Source: Peptococcia bacterium (lineage in GTDB: Bacteria > Bacillota > Peptococcia > Peptococcales > SKKY01). Taken from it: DNA of 64,000 nt. The stretch spans positions 1,588,023 through 1,652,022 of the forward strand of contig OZ245787.1 in NCBI GenBank assembly GCA_965228015.1, given 5' to 3'. Position numbers and translations under genes: made by a program. The notes beneath the pieces were generated by a model. It was not told the DNA's origin and searched no databases. It was given only the letters and a program-made list of their open reading frames with translations. Positions 28,561 through 38,820 of the stretch are shown here, in pieces; positions within the stretch are counted from its first letter, which is position 1, and each line of letters starts with the position of its first letter.

Positions 28561-31500
28561 GATGAGTACCCAAGTGGATTTCCGCCAATTCTTAAGCCTG
28601 GAAAAACTGGATCAGCGACTTCTTAATCTGCCAAAACACACCTTGATTTATGGTTTAGATGACCATAAAAAAGCAATTTTGGCAGCTTTGTTATGGTCAA
28701 AATCAGGAATATTTATATTCAAAAATGAAAAGAAAACAAAATATTTTCTGGAAAAGTTCCAGGAAACCGGCGTGGGAAGCTGCTACTACTACCCAGCGGA
28801 AGAGCGAATTCCCTTTGAAGTATTCGCCAAAAGTAAGGATATCGAAAGCCAGAGAGCGGAAGTTCTAACCCGCCTGGCAAACGACGAAAAAATTATTGTC
28901 TTCGCCAGCATTCAGGCTATCCGTCGCAAACTCAACCCCCTGGCAGACTACAAAAAACATTATACAACTAAAAACCGGAGACACCCTGGATCTGAAGGAT
29001 TTCACATCCCACCTTATTCAGGCCGGCTTTGAGCGGAAAGAAATGGTAATAAAGCCAGGAGATTTCAGCATCCGCGGGGGAATCATCGACATTTTCCCTG
29101 TAATTTCTAACAATCCCCTAAGAATCGAACTTTTTGATGACGAAATAGATTCCATCAGAACCTTTGATCTGAACCCTCAAAAATCCTTTGAGAAAACAAA
29201 CCAGATTCTTGTTGGACCCACCAGGGAGTTTATTTGTCCCACCCTCACGGAAGTTCCCCAGGCTCTGGAGAAAGATTACCGGGAACAGCTAGCCCGCTAT
29301 GAGGAATCAGAAAGAAAAAATGACACCCTGAATTTCAAAAATGCAGCTTTGAATTTCAAAAACTTCTACGGGCAAATTAAAGAAAAAATACAAAATAACC
29401 TGTGCGTTAATGAAGAAGAGTATCTTTATCACTACCTCTTCTCCCAGGATACGACGATTCTGGACTATTTCCCAAACAATGCCCGAATCTACATTGATGA
29501 ACCAAAAAGAGTTATCTCCGCCCTGGAGCTTTTGGAAAAAGAAGAAGGAAAAATTTACACAGACCTCCTGAAAAAAGGTCGGGTTTTAAAATATCAGCAA
29601 AAAATTTACAGCACAATAGAAGAACTTGCCCCAATTTTTAAAGAAAAAGAAACTGTTTTCATGGCACTCCTTCCAACATCAGGAGCCTTTGAAATACCTT
29701 TTTCCCAGCGAATTAACGGAGATTTTCTTGGAGACGCAATTCCCTTCTTCAACAAGACAGACCATCTTTTTCGCTTTATGGAAGACAAAACAAAAAAGGC
29801 TACCGCACAATTCTGGCCATCCACAGCAAAGGAAACCGGGAAGCTCTAATTAAGGAAACTCATCACTATAAAACAACAATATCCGATTTTAAAAACCAGC
29901 AGGAATCGGGAATATATTTTGCTCACCTGAACCTGGAAAAAGGTTTTGAAGATAAAAAAGGCAAGACCCTCTTTATTACGGAACTGGATATTTTCAACAA
30001 GAAAAAGAAAAAACCCGCCAGATTTATAACAAAGATGCAGAGCGTATCGGCTCCGTTTTCGAGCTGGAAATTGGGGATTTTGTGGTTCACTCATCCCACG
30101 GTATTGGCCAGTATTTCGGCATCAACACCCTAGAAGTGGAGGGAATAAAAAAAGATTACCTTCTTATTAAATATAAAGGGGAGGACAAACTTTACGTCCC
30201 GGTTGAGCAGGTTCACAATCTTCAAAAATTTATAGGCAGTGAGGAAAAACGCCCTAAGCTAAACAAACTTGGAGGCAGCGAATGGCAGCGTACTAAAGCA
30301 AAAGTTCAAAAATCTATTGAAGATATGTCTGAAGAGCTTCTTGAACTTTATGCCCAGCGTACAATGAACCAGGGATTTGCCTTTTCTCCAGATGATTTTA
30401 TGCAGCAGGAGTTTGAAGATAACTTCCCCTACGAAGAAACTCAAGATCAGCTTCGTGCCATTATGGAAATCAAAAAAGATATGGAAAATCCAACTCCAAT
30501 GGATCGTCTCCTTTGCGGCGACGTAGGATACGGAAAAACTGAAGTTGCAATGAGAGCAGCCTTTAAAGCAGTGCGGGACAGCAAGCAAGTGGCAGTCTTG
30601 GTGCCTACAACAATTCTGGCAGAGCAACACTTTCAGTCTTTCAGCAAACGATTTGAAGGATTTCCTGTAAAAGTTGAAGTACTAAGCCGATTTAAATCAC
30701 CGAAGGAAGAAGTGGAGATTAAGGAAGACGCAGCCAAAGGTAAGGTGGACATCCTTATCGGCACCCACAAGCTCCTCTCCAACACCTTGAAATTTAAGGA
30801 TTTAGGACTTCTAATCGTAGATGAAGAGCAACGCTTTGGGGTAAAAGATAAAGAAAAAATTAAGCAAATAAAAGCATTTGTGGACGTTCTCACACTATCA
30901 GCAACCCCAATACCCAGAACACTGCAAATGTTTCTGGCAGGACTTAGGGATATGAGCTTAATTGAAACACCACCAAAAAACCGTTATTCAATTCAAACCT
31001 TCGTAGTAGAAAAAACGATGAACTTTTAAGAGAAGTCATTCTTCGTGAGCTTGGAAGAGAGGGACAGATTTTCTACGTTCAAAACCGGGTTCACGACATC
31101 TATTTAGAAGCAGGGAAGCTGATGGAAACGGTTCCAGAAGCCTCCTTCGCCGTTGCCCACGGTCAGCTTAAGGAACATGAACTGGAAAAAACAATGATCG
31201 AATTTATGGAAAAAGAAAAAGACTGTCTTGTCTGCGCCACTATCATCGAAACCGGTCTGGACATTCCCAACGTTAACACTCTGATAGTGGACGAAGCTGA
31301 TAAATATGGTCTCTCCCAGCTTTATCAGCTTCGAGGCAGGGTAGGCCGCAGTGAAAGGGTTTTATCTGCCTCACATACAAGGCAGATAAAACCCTTTCAG
31401 AAAACGCTGAAAAGCGTCTGAAAGCTATCAAAGATTTCGCCGAACTGGGATCCGGCTTTAAAATTGCCATTCGTGACTTGGAAATCCGGGGTGCGGGAAA

Positions 31501-32094
31501 TCTTCTGGGCAAGGAACAGCACGGACACCTTGATGCCATCGGCTTCGCCCTTTACACTCAGATGCTTCAGGAAACTATTCAGGATCTGAAAATTAAAAAG
31601 AAAAAAGAAGCAGGAGAGTTTACTCAGGAAGATGCAATCAAGAGTAGAGACAGGGAGCAGGAAATATCTCTGCCCATCAGCGCCCTTATCCCGGAAGAAT
31701 ATATTCGGAACCACGGCCTGAAACTGGAGTTCTATCAGAAAATTAAAATGCCCCAACAGAGGATGTTCTTATAGATGTCACCGACGAGCTTATTGACCGT
31801 TTTGGAGATTTCCCCGAAGAAGTTGCCAACCTCATTTCTCTTGGTGAGATCCGCATTAAAATGGAAAAGCTGGGAATTTCATCTCTGAAATTGAAAAATA
31901 ACACTCTGGAGTTTCTAATTTCAATAGATGCCTCCCTGGATCCTAAAACAATTTTAAAACTTTCTGAAAACTTTAAGAATCAAGTGTCATTTAAGGATGA
32001 CAATGGTTTTATGATAAGATATAGTATAAAATACACCAATAAAGAAGAACTTCTGAGATACATAGAAGATTTTCTAAAACATTTAGGAGGCTAA
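28553..32094 (+). pseudogene. mfd: Transcription-repair coupling factor, full length but broken by six frame changes
   Basis: Pieces 28553-, 28896-, 29798-, 30082-, 31122-, 31478-, 31861-32094 together cover about 1170 aa ([58 protein letters not shown]). Breaks at A runs 28952-57, 29792-97, 30008-13, 31010-15, 31354-56, 31745-48. Confidence 0.85.
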
Positions 32095-32098
32095 TTTA

Positions 32099-33061
32099 AT
32101 GATTAGACAGGTACAAAAAATTCAAAAAAAATCTTCCCTGCTATTTCTTGCAGGGGCGTTGATTCTTATCCTTACACTTTCAGGATGCTCCGGCTCAGCT
32201 GGCAGCGACAAAATTTTAGCAAATGTTAACGAAACTGATATTACAGAAAGTCAGTTTAATCAAAGATTCAACATAATTGCAGGTCAGTACGACTTCGACC
32301 CGAATAATGCAGAGCACATGGCTTACCAGGAAGAATTAAAAACACAAATTTTAAACAGCATTATTGATGAAGCTGTTCTTCTTGAAGAAGCAGCAAAAAA
32401 AGGCTTAACAGTGGAGGCTCAGGAAATTGAAGACGAAATTGCAATGTATAAGTCAAGTTTCAGTTCTCAAGATGAGTTTAAAAAATATTTAAGTGATTAT
32501 TTAAAGCTAACGGAAGATGAATTTAGAAATATTCTTCAAAATGACCTTCTTGTTTCCAAGCTTTATGAAGAAGTGGCCGGAGAAATTAATTCAACAACAT
32601 CTTCACTAAGAGAATATTTTGATAATAACAAAGATCTTTTTGTAAAAGGTGAGGAAGTATCTGCGACTCATATTTTAGTGGAAACAGAGGAAGAAGCAAA
32701 AAAAATTATTGAAGAAATTAATGGCGGTGCAGATATGAACCAGCTGGCTGCAGATAAATCTACAGATCCAACAGCTAAGGATAACAAAGGGGAGCTAGGT
32801 TATTTTGGTAAAGGCAGAATGGTTCCTGAGTTTGAAAATGTAGCTTTTGCCATGGAGCCTGGGGAGTTTTATCCTGAACCAGTAAAAAGTCAGTTTGGAT
32901 ACCATGTAATCCGCTTAAATGACAAAATTGAGGGAGAAGATATTTCCTTCGCAGATGTGGAAGAGGAAATTAAATTTTATCTGATAGAGGAAGAAAGAAA
33001 CAAAGCTTTTTCTGACTATATTGATGAACTAAGAAGCGCAGCAACAATAGAAATAAAGTAA
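32099..33061 (+). CDS. Parvulin-type peptidyl-prolyl isomerase lipoprotein (PrsA/SurA-like)
   Basis: 320 aa; lipobox LTLSGCSG; rotamase motif SATHILV..GELGYFGKGRMVPEFE..FGYHVIRL. Confidence 0.8.
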   Translation: MIRQVQKIQKKSSLLFLAGALILILTLSGCSGSAGSDKILANVNETDITESQFNQRFNIIAGQYDFDPNNAEHMAYQEELKTQILNSIIDEAVLLEEAAKKGLTVEAQEIEDEIAMYKSSFSSQDEFKKYLSDYLKLTEDEFRNILQNDLLVSKLYEEVAGEINSTTSSLREYFDNNKDLFVKGEEVSATHILVETEEEAKKIIEEINGGADMNQLAADKSTDPTAKDNKGELGYFGKGRMVPEFENVAFAMEPGEFYPEPVKSQFGYHVIRLNDKIEGEDISFADVEEEIKFYLIEEERNKAFSDYIDELRSAATIEIK

Positions 33062-33095
33062 TTATTTTTGAATTGAAGTAACAGGGGAGATCACC

Positions 33096-34673
33096 TTGCA
33101 AAAAAAATCATTTATAAAAGGTGCTTTAATCTTAAGCGCCGCGGGGATCCTGAGCAAAACACTGGGAGCAGTATACAGGATTCCCTTTGCTCGTATAATA
33201 GAGGGAGAGGGATTAGGCATTTACCAGATGGCCTATCCCTTTTATACGTTAATACTGGCGGTGTCCACTGCGGGAATTCCTTTGGCCGTGTCCAAACTTA
33301 TTTCCGAAAGGGAATGTCAAGGAGATTATGATGGGGTTCGAAAAGTTTTCCGCCTTTCTCTAATTGCTCTCACCGCCTTCGGTATTTTGGCATCGGGACT
33401 CCTTTTCCTTTCCGCAGACTGGATTTCCATCAACATTTTAAAAGAGCCGAGGGCAGCCCTAAGCTTAAAAGCAATAGCTCCAGCAATTCTTTTTACCTCA
33501 GTAATAGCAAACTTCCGGGGTTTTTTCCAGGGACATCAGCGCATGACACCAACGGCAGTTTCTCAGGTGCTTGAGCAATTTGTCAGAGTAGATACAGTCT
33601 TCATCGCTACCTGGTTTCTTCTGGATAAAGGCCTGGAGCTTACTGCAGCAGGGGCAAGTTTTGGAGCCAGTACAGGATCCTTCGCAGCCTTAGTGGTAAT
33701 AATTTTAATTTATATGTTCTCCAGGGAAAGAAAAGAAACATCCCAGACTTGTAATGAAGAAAAAAGCGGGGACTTATTTAAAAAAATTGTCCAGTTGGCA
33801 ATACCCATCACAATCGGAGCCTTGGTTCTTCCTTTAATGCAGATTATGGATACTTTTCTAGTTCCTGGAACTTTACAAAAAGCGGGTGTTGAAGCCGCCC
33901 GGGCAACAGATTTATTCGGTCGGCTTTCCGGAATGGCAGGATCAATCATCAACCTGCCCTTTATGGTAACAACAAGTTTAGCGGCATCTCTGGTTCCATC
34001 GATAAGTGAGAAAATTAAGCTTGGATTGGAAAAGGAAGTGCAAACCCTATTAAGCAGCGGATTCAAATTAGCTGCGGTTATCGTACTTCCCGCAACAGCT
34101 GGGCTGATGGTTTTATCGGAGCCAATAATGACCATGCTTTTTAAAGAGCCGGAGGCGGGATCAGCACTTCTGTGGATGGCGCCAACAGTTCTGGCAATCG
34201 GAGCATATCAGGTTGCCTCTGGGACACTTCAAGGCTACGGAAAGGTAATGGTTCCAGTTGTCAGTTTAGTTTCCGGAGCTACAATAAAGGCGGTTCTTAC
34301 CTATTTCCTTATAATCAAAGGAATGGGAATCGAAGGGGCAGCCTTGGCAACAGTAATCGGCTACCTGGCGGCAGCAGGAATAAATATTCATATAATGAAC
34401 AAATTTACCGGAAAAAGCTGGTTTTCATTCCAGGAACACTTAACTAAGCCCTTTAGCGCAGTTTTGATGATGTCAGTGGCGGCAATTTTTTTCCACCGCA
34501 TTTTTATCTTTGCAGGAAATTCTATGGCAACCCTGGCAGCAATATCCTTAGCCGGAGTAGTCTACCTTTTGGTTTTGGTTAAAATCAAAGGAATCAAGGA
34601 AGAAGAAATCCAGCAAATGCCAAAATTCGGGGAAAAACTGGTAAAGATTGGTAAAAAGGTGAAATTATTATGA
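33096..34673 (+). CDS. MOP-superfamily polysaccharide/lipid-II flippase-like protein (SpoVB/YabM/MurJ-like)
   Basis: 525 aa, about 14 TM helices, TTG start; position between mfd and mazG matches Bacillus yabM. Confidence 0.7.
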   Translation: MQKKSFIKGALILSAAGILSKTLGAVYRIPFARIIEGEGLGIYQMAYPFYTLILAVSTAGIPLAVSKLISERECQGDYDGVRKVFRLSLIALTAFGILASGLLFLSADWISINILKEPRAALSLKAIAPAILFTSVIANFRGFFQGHQRMTPTAVSQVLEQFVRVDTVFIATWFLLDKGLELTAAGASFGASTGSFAALVVIILIYMFSRERKETSQTCNEEKSGDLFKKIVQLAIPITIGALVLPLMQIMDTFLVPGTLQKAGVEAARATDLFGRLSGMAGSIINLPFMVTTSLAASLVPSISEKIKLGLEKEVQTLLSSGFKLAAVIVLPATAGLMVLSEPIMTMLFKEPEAGSALLWMAPTVLAIGAYQVASGTLQGYGKVMVPVVSLVSGATIKAVLTYFLIIKGMGIEGAALATVIGYLAAAGINIHIMNKFTGKSWFSFQEHLTKPFSAVLMMSVAAIFFHRIFIFAGNSMATLAAISLAGVVYLLVLVKIKGIKEEEIQQMPKFGEKLVKIGKKVKLL

Positions 34674-35496
34674 GTGAAATTAATTCAATAACAGGTAAAC
34701 TTTCAGAAACTGGCAAAAAGATCAGTTTTGAAGATCTGGGGAAAATTATAGATCAACTCCTTGGGGAAGATGGTTGTCCCTGGGATAAAGAGCAAACCCA
34801 TGAATCCCTTAAACGTTATTTAATAGAAGAATCTTACGAAGTTCTGGAAGCAATTGACGACAATGATCCGGAAGGATTAAAGGAAGAACTGGGAGATGTG
34901 CTCCTGCAAATCTTTTTCCATGGCAAGCTTGCTGAAAAAGCAGGAACCTTCACAATGGAAGATATCACCGACACAATCTCCAAAAAACTAACCCGTCGTC
35001 ATCCCCATGTATTCGCAACAACTGAAGTTGAAGATGCAGAAGAAGTTACCAGGAACTGGGATGAAATAAAGAATCAGGAAAAGTTTGAAAAAATATCAGC
35101 TACGAAAGCATGCTGGATAAAGTTCCGAAAAATCTTCCATCCTTACTTGAGTCCTTGAAAATTCAGGAAAAAGTTGGCAAGGTTGGTTTCGACTGGGACA
35201 CCATAGAGGAAGTTGCAGAAAAAGTCCGGGAAGAGGAAGAAGAACTTAAAGAGGCAATTCAAATTGGAGATCAACAGAAGATCGAAGAGGAATTTGGGGA
35301 TCTTTTATTTACTCTTGTAAGCATCGGACGTTTCCTCAATTTAGACCCAGAGGAGTCTCTTTTTAAAGCAAATAACAAATTTCGAAGAAGATTTCGCTAT
35401 ATTGAGGAAAATTTTCGGGATAAAAGTCTAGAAATAGCCAAAAAAAACAGAAAAAGTATGGAAAAACTATGGAAAGAATCAAAAAAAAATGTATAA
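34670..35496 (+). pseudogene. mazG: MazG nucleoside-triphosphate pyrophosphohydrolase, single homopolymer frame break
   Basis: Two MazG domains (GCPWDKEQTHESLKRYLIEESYEVLEAI; EELKEAI..EEFGDLLFTLV); ORFs 34670-35158 and 35110-35496 join if the A6 run 35088-35093 gains one base. Confidence 0.8.
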
Positions 35497-35606
35497 TAAG
35501 ACAAGAACAAGAGATACATATTTTTTGGGATATGATGTAACTACATATTAAATTGTGGTTAGTCAAAAAAGCCTTTGAAATTAAGGTGAATATAGGAGGG
35601 TTTATT

Positions 35607-35882
35607 TTGAACAAAGCGGAATTATTACAAAGTGTTGTTGAAAAGACAGATCTTAAGAAAAAAGATGTAGAGAAGGTTGTTGCAGCGTTATTTAAAACTA
35701 TCGAAGAAGAAATGGTTAAAGGCGAGAAAGTTCAGTTAGTTGGATTCGGTACTTTCGAAGTTAGAGAGCGCGCTGGAAGAACTGGACGTAACCCAAGAAC
35801 TGGGGAAGAAATTACAATTGAAGCGGCAAAAGTACCAGCTTTCAAAGCAGGTAAAGCTTTGAAAGACGCAGTAAACAAATAA
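35607..35882 (+). CDS. hup: DNA-binding protein HU
   Basis: TTG start after AGGAGGG; [48 protein letters not shown]. Confidence 0.9.
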   Translation: MNKAELLQSVVEKTDLKKKDVEKVVAALFKTIEEEMVKGEKVQLVGFGTFEVRERAGRTGRNPRTGEEITIEAAKVPAFKAGKALKDAVNK

Positions 35883-35886
35883 GCAA

Positions 35887-35917
35887 AAGAGCCTCTCATC
35901 TGGGAGGCTCTTTTTTT
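35887..35917 (+). terminator. Rho-independent terminator after hup
   Basis: AAGAGCCTC, loop, GAGGCTCTT, followed by a T7 run. Confidence 0.7.
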
Positions 35918-35926
35918 AAAGGCGGA

Positions 35927-36000
35927 GGGGATGTTTCTATTTTGATCGCGTTTTCCACAGGATAGCCCCTGTGGAAAACGCGATCAAAATAGAACTGGTC
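35927..36000. repeat. DnaA-box palindromic repeat (full copy) abutting IS copy C
   Basis: GGGGATGTTTCTATTTTGATCGCGTTTTCCACAG gatagcc CCTGTGGAAAACGCGATCAAAATAGAAC; boxes TTTTCCACA at 35951-35959 and TGTGGAAAA at 35970-35978. Confidence 0.7.
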
Positions 36001-37297
36001 TGACCCCCAAAAATTACACAAAATTGGGACAGTAAGATATACTAATCTTGGGGGCTGATTTTAATGACAAAGAACTATTCCGATGAATTTAAACTCTCTG
36101 TAATTAAGGAATATTACGAAAGCAATCTTGGGGTAAGAAAGATTACTGCAAAGTACAATTTATCTTCAAAAAATCTTGTTCTTAATTGGGAAAAACAATT
36201 AAAAGAAAAAGGACTTCTTCCAACAGAAGCTAAGAAAGATCCGGATAAGATAAAAATCAGATCAAATAAAATAGATTTTCCTGAGAAAACACAAAGAGAA
36301 ATTGAATACGAAAAAGAAATAGAACATCTTTATGCTAAAATTGAATACTACGAACAATTAGAGCATTTACAGCCCTTTATTTCTAAAAAAACAAAAGTCA
36401 GGGAGCTAAAGTACAGAGCTATATTTGCTTTGGAATTTAAATATACAGTAAAATTTCTTTGCGAAATTGCTGGAGTAAAAAGAAAAGCCTATTGCAATTT
36501 CAGAGACAAACCAATAAAAAAAGAAGATTCCATTGAGAAAATAATTATTCAAATATATAACAAATCAAAAGGAATTTTTGGTTACAGAAGAATAGGAAAT
36601 GAGCTAAGAAATGCGTTTAAAATAGTTGTTAATCATAAAAAGATTCAAAGAATAATGCAGGAAAACAATCTCAGATCCAGAATCAGAAGAAAAAAGAATA
36701 GGATTCAAGATGATAAACAATTCAAAGCCAATATATTAAACAGGGATTTTAAGGCAAGTCGCCCAGGAGAAAAAATAGCCACAGATATTACCTGTATTCC
36801 TTACAGAAGCTCTAAGCTATATCTGTGTGTTGCCCTAGATCTGTTTAACAATGAGCCAGTAAGCTGGGAATACAGTAAGAATCCTGACAGCAAGCTGACT
36901 GTAAAAACTATTGAAAAACTTTCAAAAAAGATAGATATTAAGAATACTGTTATCCATAGCGATCAAGGTGTTCAATACACAAGCAAAGAATATTCCAGCT
37001 ATTTAAAGTCTTTAGGAGCAGTTCAAAGTATGTCCAGAAGAGGAAATTGCTGGAATAATGCGAAGATTGAAAGTTTCTTTAGCCATTACAAAACAGAAAG
37101 TATTAATCTCTACAAGAAAAGAATCAAAAGTTTTAAAGATATAAAAGAAATTACTGAAGATTACATTAAATTTTATATAAATGACAGGACGCAAAGAAAC
37201 CTTGGAGGTGTCCCTCCAAGGTTCTATAAACAGATTTTTTCATTTAATTAATTTGGTGAAATTTACTGTCCCAGAAGTGTACCCTTTTTGGGGGTCA
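36001..37297 (+). mobile_element. IS3-family insertion sequence, dominant type, copy C
   Basis: Same IRs; lies between hup and the S4-domain gene. Confidence 0.85.
36064..37251 (+). CDS. IS3-family transposase, uninterrupted ORF (395 aa)
   Basis: Full-length with HSDQGVQYTS and RRGNCWNNAKIESFF. A 1-nt difference near the 3' end lengthens the tail relative to copy A. Confidence 0.85.
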   Translation: MTKNYSDEFKLSVIKEYYESNLGVRKITAKYNLSSKNLVLNWEKQLKEKGLLPTEAKKDPDKIKIRSNKIDFPEKTQREIEYEKEIEHLYAKIEYYEQLEHLQPFISKKTKVRELKYRAIFALEFKYTVKFLCEIAGVKRKAYCNFRDKPIKKEDSIEKIIIQIYNKSKGIFGYRRIGNELRNAFKIVVNHKKIQRIMQENNLRSRIRRKKNRIQDDKQFKANILNRDFKASRPGEKIATDITCIPYRSSKLYLCVALDLFNNEPVSWEYSKNPDSKLTVKTIEKLSKKIDIKNTVIHSDQGVQYTSKEYSSYLKSLGAVQSMSRRGNCWNNAKIESFFSHYKTESINLYKKRIKSFKDIKEITEDYIKFYINDRTQRNLGGVPPRFYKQIFSFN

Positions 37298-37329
37298 CAC
37301 CAAAGCGTCCCCTGAAGGAGGTGGGCGGC

Positions 37330-37572
37330 TTGCGCCTTGACAAGTTCTTGAAAGTCTCCTGGATCATTAAACGTAGAACTGTTGCTAAGGAAGTCTGTGA
37401 CAATGACCGGGTAAAAATAAATGACAGACCGGCGAAAGCTGGCTCAGAAGTAGCCCCTGGGGATATCGTTGAAATTCGCTTCGGGGATAAAATTGTAAAA
37501 TTTCGGGTACTTATAGTAAAAGACCACGTTTCTCAAAGTGAAGCTCCCGAGCTTTACGAATCTTTGCAATAA
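37330..37572 (+). CDS. S4-domain RNA-binding protein (YabO/Hsp15-like)
   Basis: TTG start 8 nt after GAAGGAGG; LRLDKFLKVSWIIKRRTVAKEVCDNDRVKINDRPAK. The upstream part of ORF 37288-37572 lies in the IS flank and is probably not translated. Confidence 0.75.
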   Translation: MRLDKFLKVSWIIKRRTVAKEVCDNDRVKINDRPAKAGSEVAPGDIVEIRFGDKIVKFRVLIVKDHVSQSEAPELYESLQ

Positions 37573-37591
37573 AATTTAGGAGGTAGTTTTT

Positions 37592-37915
37592 ATGGCCAGC
37601 CAGGATAGAAAAAATCTTCAGGTTATTCAGGGACAAAAAAACAGAATAACACTAAAAAAATCCATTATCATCATCTGTATCCTTCTCCTGGTATTTTTCT
37701 CTGGGCAGCGCTTTATAAAAATCTATCAGCAAAAACAGGTTATCGACGAGCTGAAAATGCAACTGGAAAATGAACGAATCCGCAACACCCAGCTGGAAAA
37801 AGAAATCGAAAAAATTCAAAGTCCAGAGGGAATTGAACGCATCGCCAGGGAGCAGCTTGGCCTGGTAAAGGAAAACGAAATTTTAATTAAACCAATAACA
37901 GTGGAGGAAAAATAA
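37592..37915 (+). CDS. Septum formation initiator (FtsB/DivIC family)
   Basis: 107 aa, single TM plus coiled coil (..ELKMQLENERIRNTQLEKEIEKIQSPEGIERIAREQLGLV). Confidence 0.75.
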   Translation: MASQDRKNLQVIQGQKNRITLKKSIIIICILLLVFFSGQRFIKIYQQKQVIDELKMQLENERIRNTQLEKEIEKIQSPEGIERIAREQLGLVKENEILIKPITVEEK

Positions 37916-38820
37916 TGAAGGCAGCTATGGATATCGGCACCAACAGCACCCGCCTTTTGATAGCCACTCCCGAAAAAATAATTCACCAGGAAACCACCAT
38001 AACCCGCATTGGGGAAGGGCTAAAGGAGCATCAGCGTATTCAGGATGAGCCTTTAGCCAGAACGATTGTGGTTTTAAAAAAGTATAAACAAATTCTTACT
38101 GATTATGCCTTAGATGAACCAGGCAGCCATTTTCTTGTTGCCACCAGTGCTATGCGGGATGCCCTAAATAAGGATGAAGTTGTTGCCAAAATAAAAACGG
38201 AAACAGGATTTCGGGTTGAAATTATCAGCGGAAAACGTGAAGCGGAACTTAGCTATCTGGGAGCCACGGGAGATTTTCTTGGCAGAAATGTCGTTATAGA
38301 TATTGGGGGAGGCAGCACTGAAGTGATTTTTCAGGAAGAAAATTTTGATGAAAACTTTCAGGAGCCTAACTTTCAATCTGGCAGAACTGTTTTCACCAGC
38401 ACAAATTTAGGTGGAGTTCGCCTTAAGGAAGACCCGGAGCTTTGCAAAAAAGAAAAAATCGCTAAGCTTTTTGCAGAGAAAATCCCTTCTAATAAAAATT
38501 TTCAAGACAGCAGTCTAATTGGAGTGGGTGGAACAATAACAACCATCGCCACAGTTAAACTTGCCCTTGATGAGTACCAGTGGGAAAAAATCCACGGGCT
38601 AAAGATGACCCTGGATAAGATAAAAAGTATCCATGAAAAATTAAAAGCCCTTCCCCTGGAAGAACGGAAAAAAGTTCCTGGACTCCAGCCTGAAAGGGCA
38701 GATATTATTATATATGGAACAAAAATTTTGATTACATTTATGGAAAAGTACGAATTTAGGGAAATCACAGCTTCAGATAAAGATTTGCTTTTCGCCCTTA
38801 TCTCAATTTCTGAAAATTAA
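37915..38820 (+). CDS. Ppx/GppA-family phosphatase
   Basis: 301 aa; MDIGTNSTRLL.., DIGGGSTE, GVGGTITT actin-fold ATPase motifs. Confidence 0.8.
   Translation: MKAAMDIGTNSTRLLIATPEKIIHQETTITRIGEGLKEHQRIQDEPLARTIVVLKKYKQILTDYALDEPGSHFLVATSAMRDALNKDEVVAKIKTETGFRVEIISGKREAELSYLGATGDFLGRNVVIDIGGGSTEVIFQEENFDENFQEPNFQSGRTVFTSTNLGGVRLKEDPELCKKEKIAKLFAEKIPSNKNFQDSSLIGVGGTITTIATVKLALDEYQWEKIHGLKMTLDKIKSIHEKLKALPLEERKKVPGLQPERADIIIYGTKILITFMEKYEFREITASDKDLLFALISISEN

Noticed and set aside
33710-34135. 141-aa minus-strand ORF
   Set aside because: It is antisense to the MOP-family flippase gene and is a typical shadow ORF of a membrane-protein gene.
37288-37329. N-terminal extension MGVTPKRPLKEVGG of the S4-domain protein
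   Set aside because: It would start inside the IS terminus and flank. A strong GAAGGAGG RBS precedes the TTG at 37330, which gives the canonical (M)RLDKFLK start.
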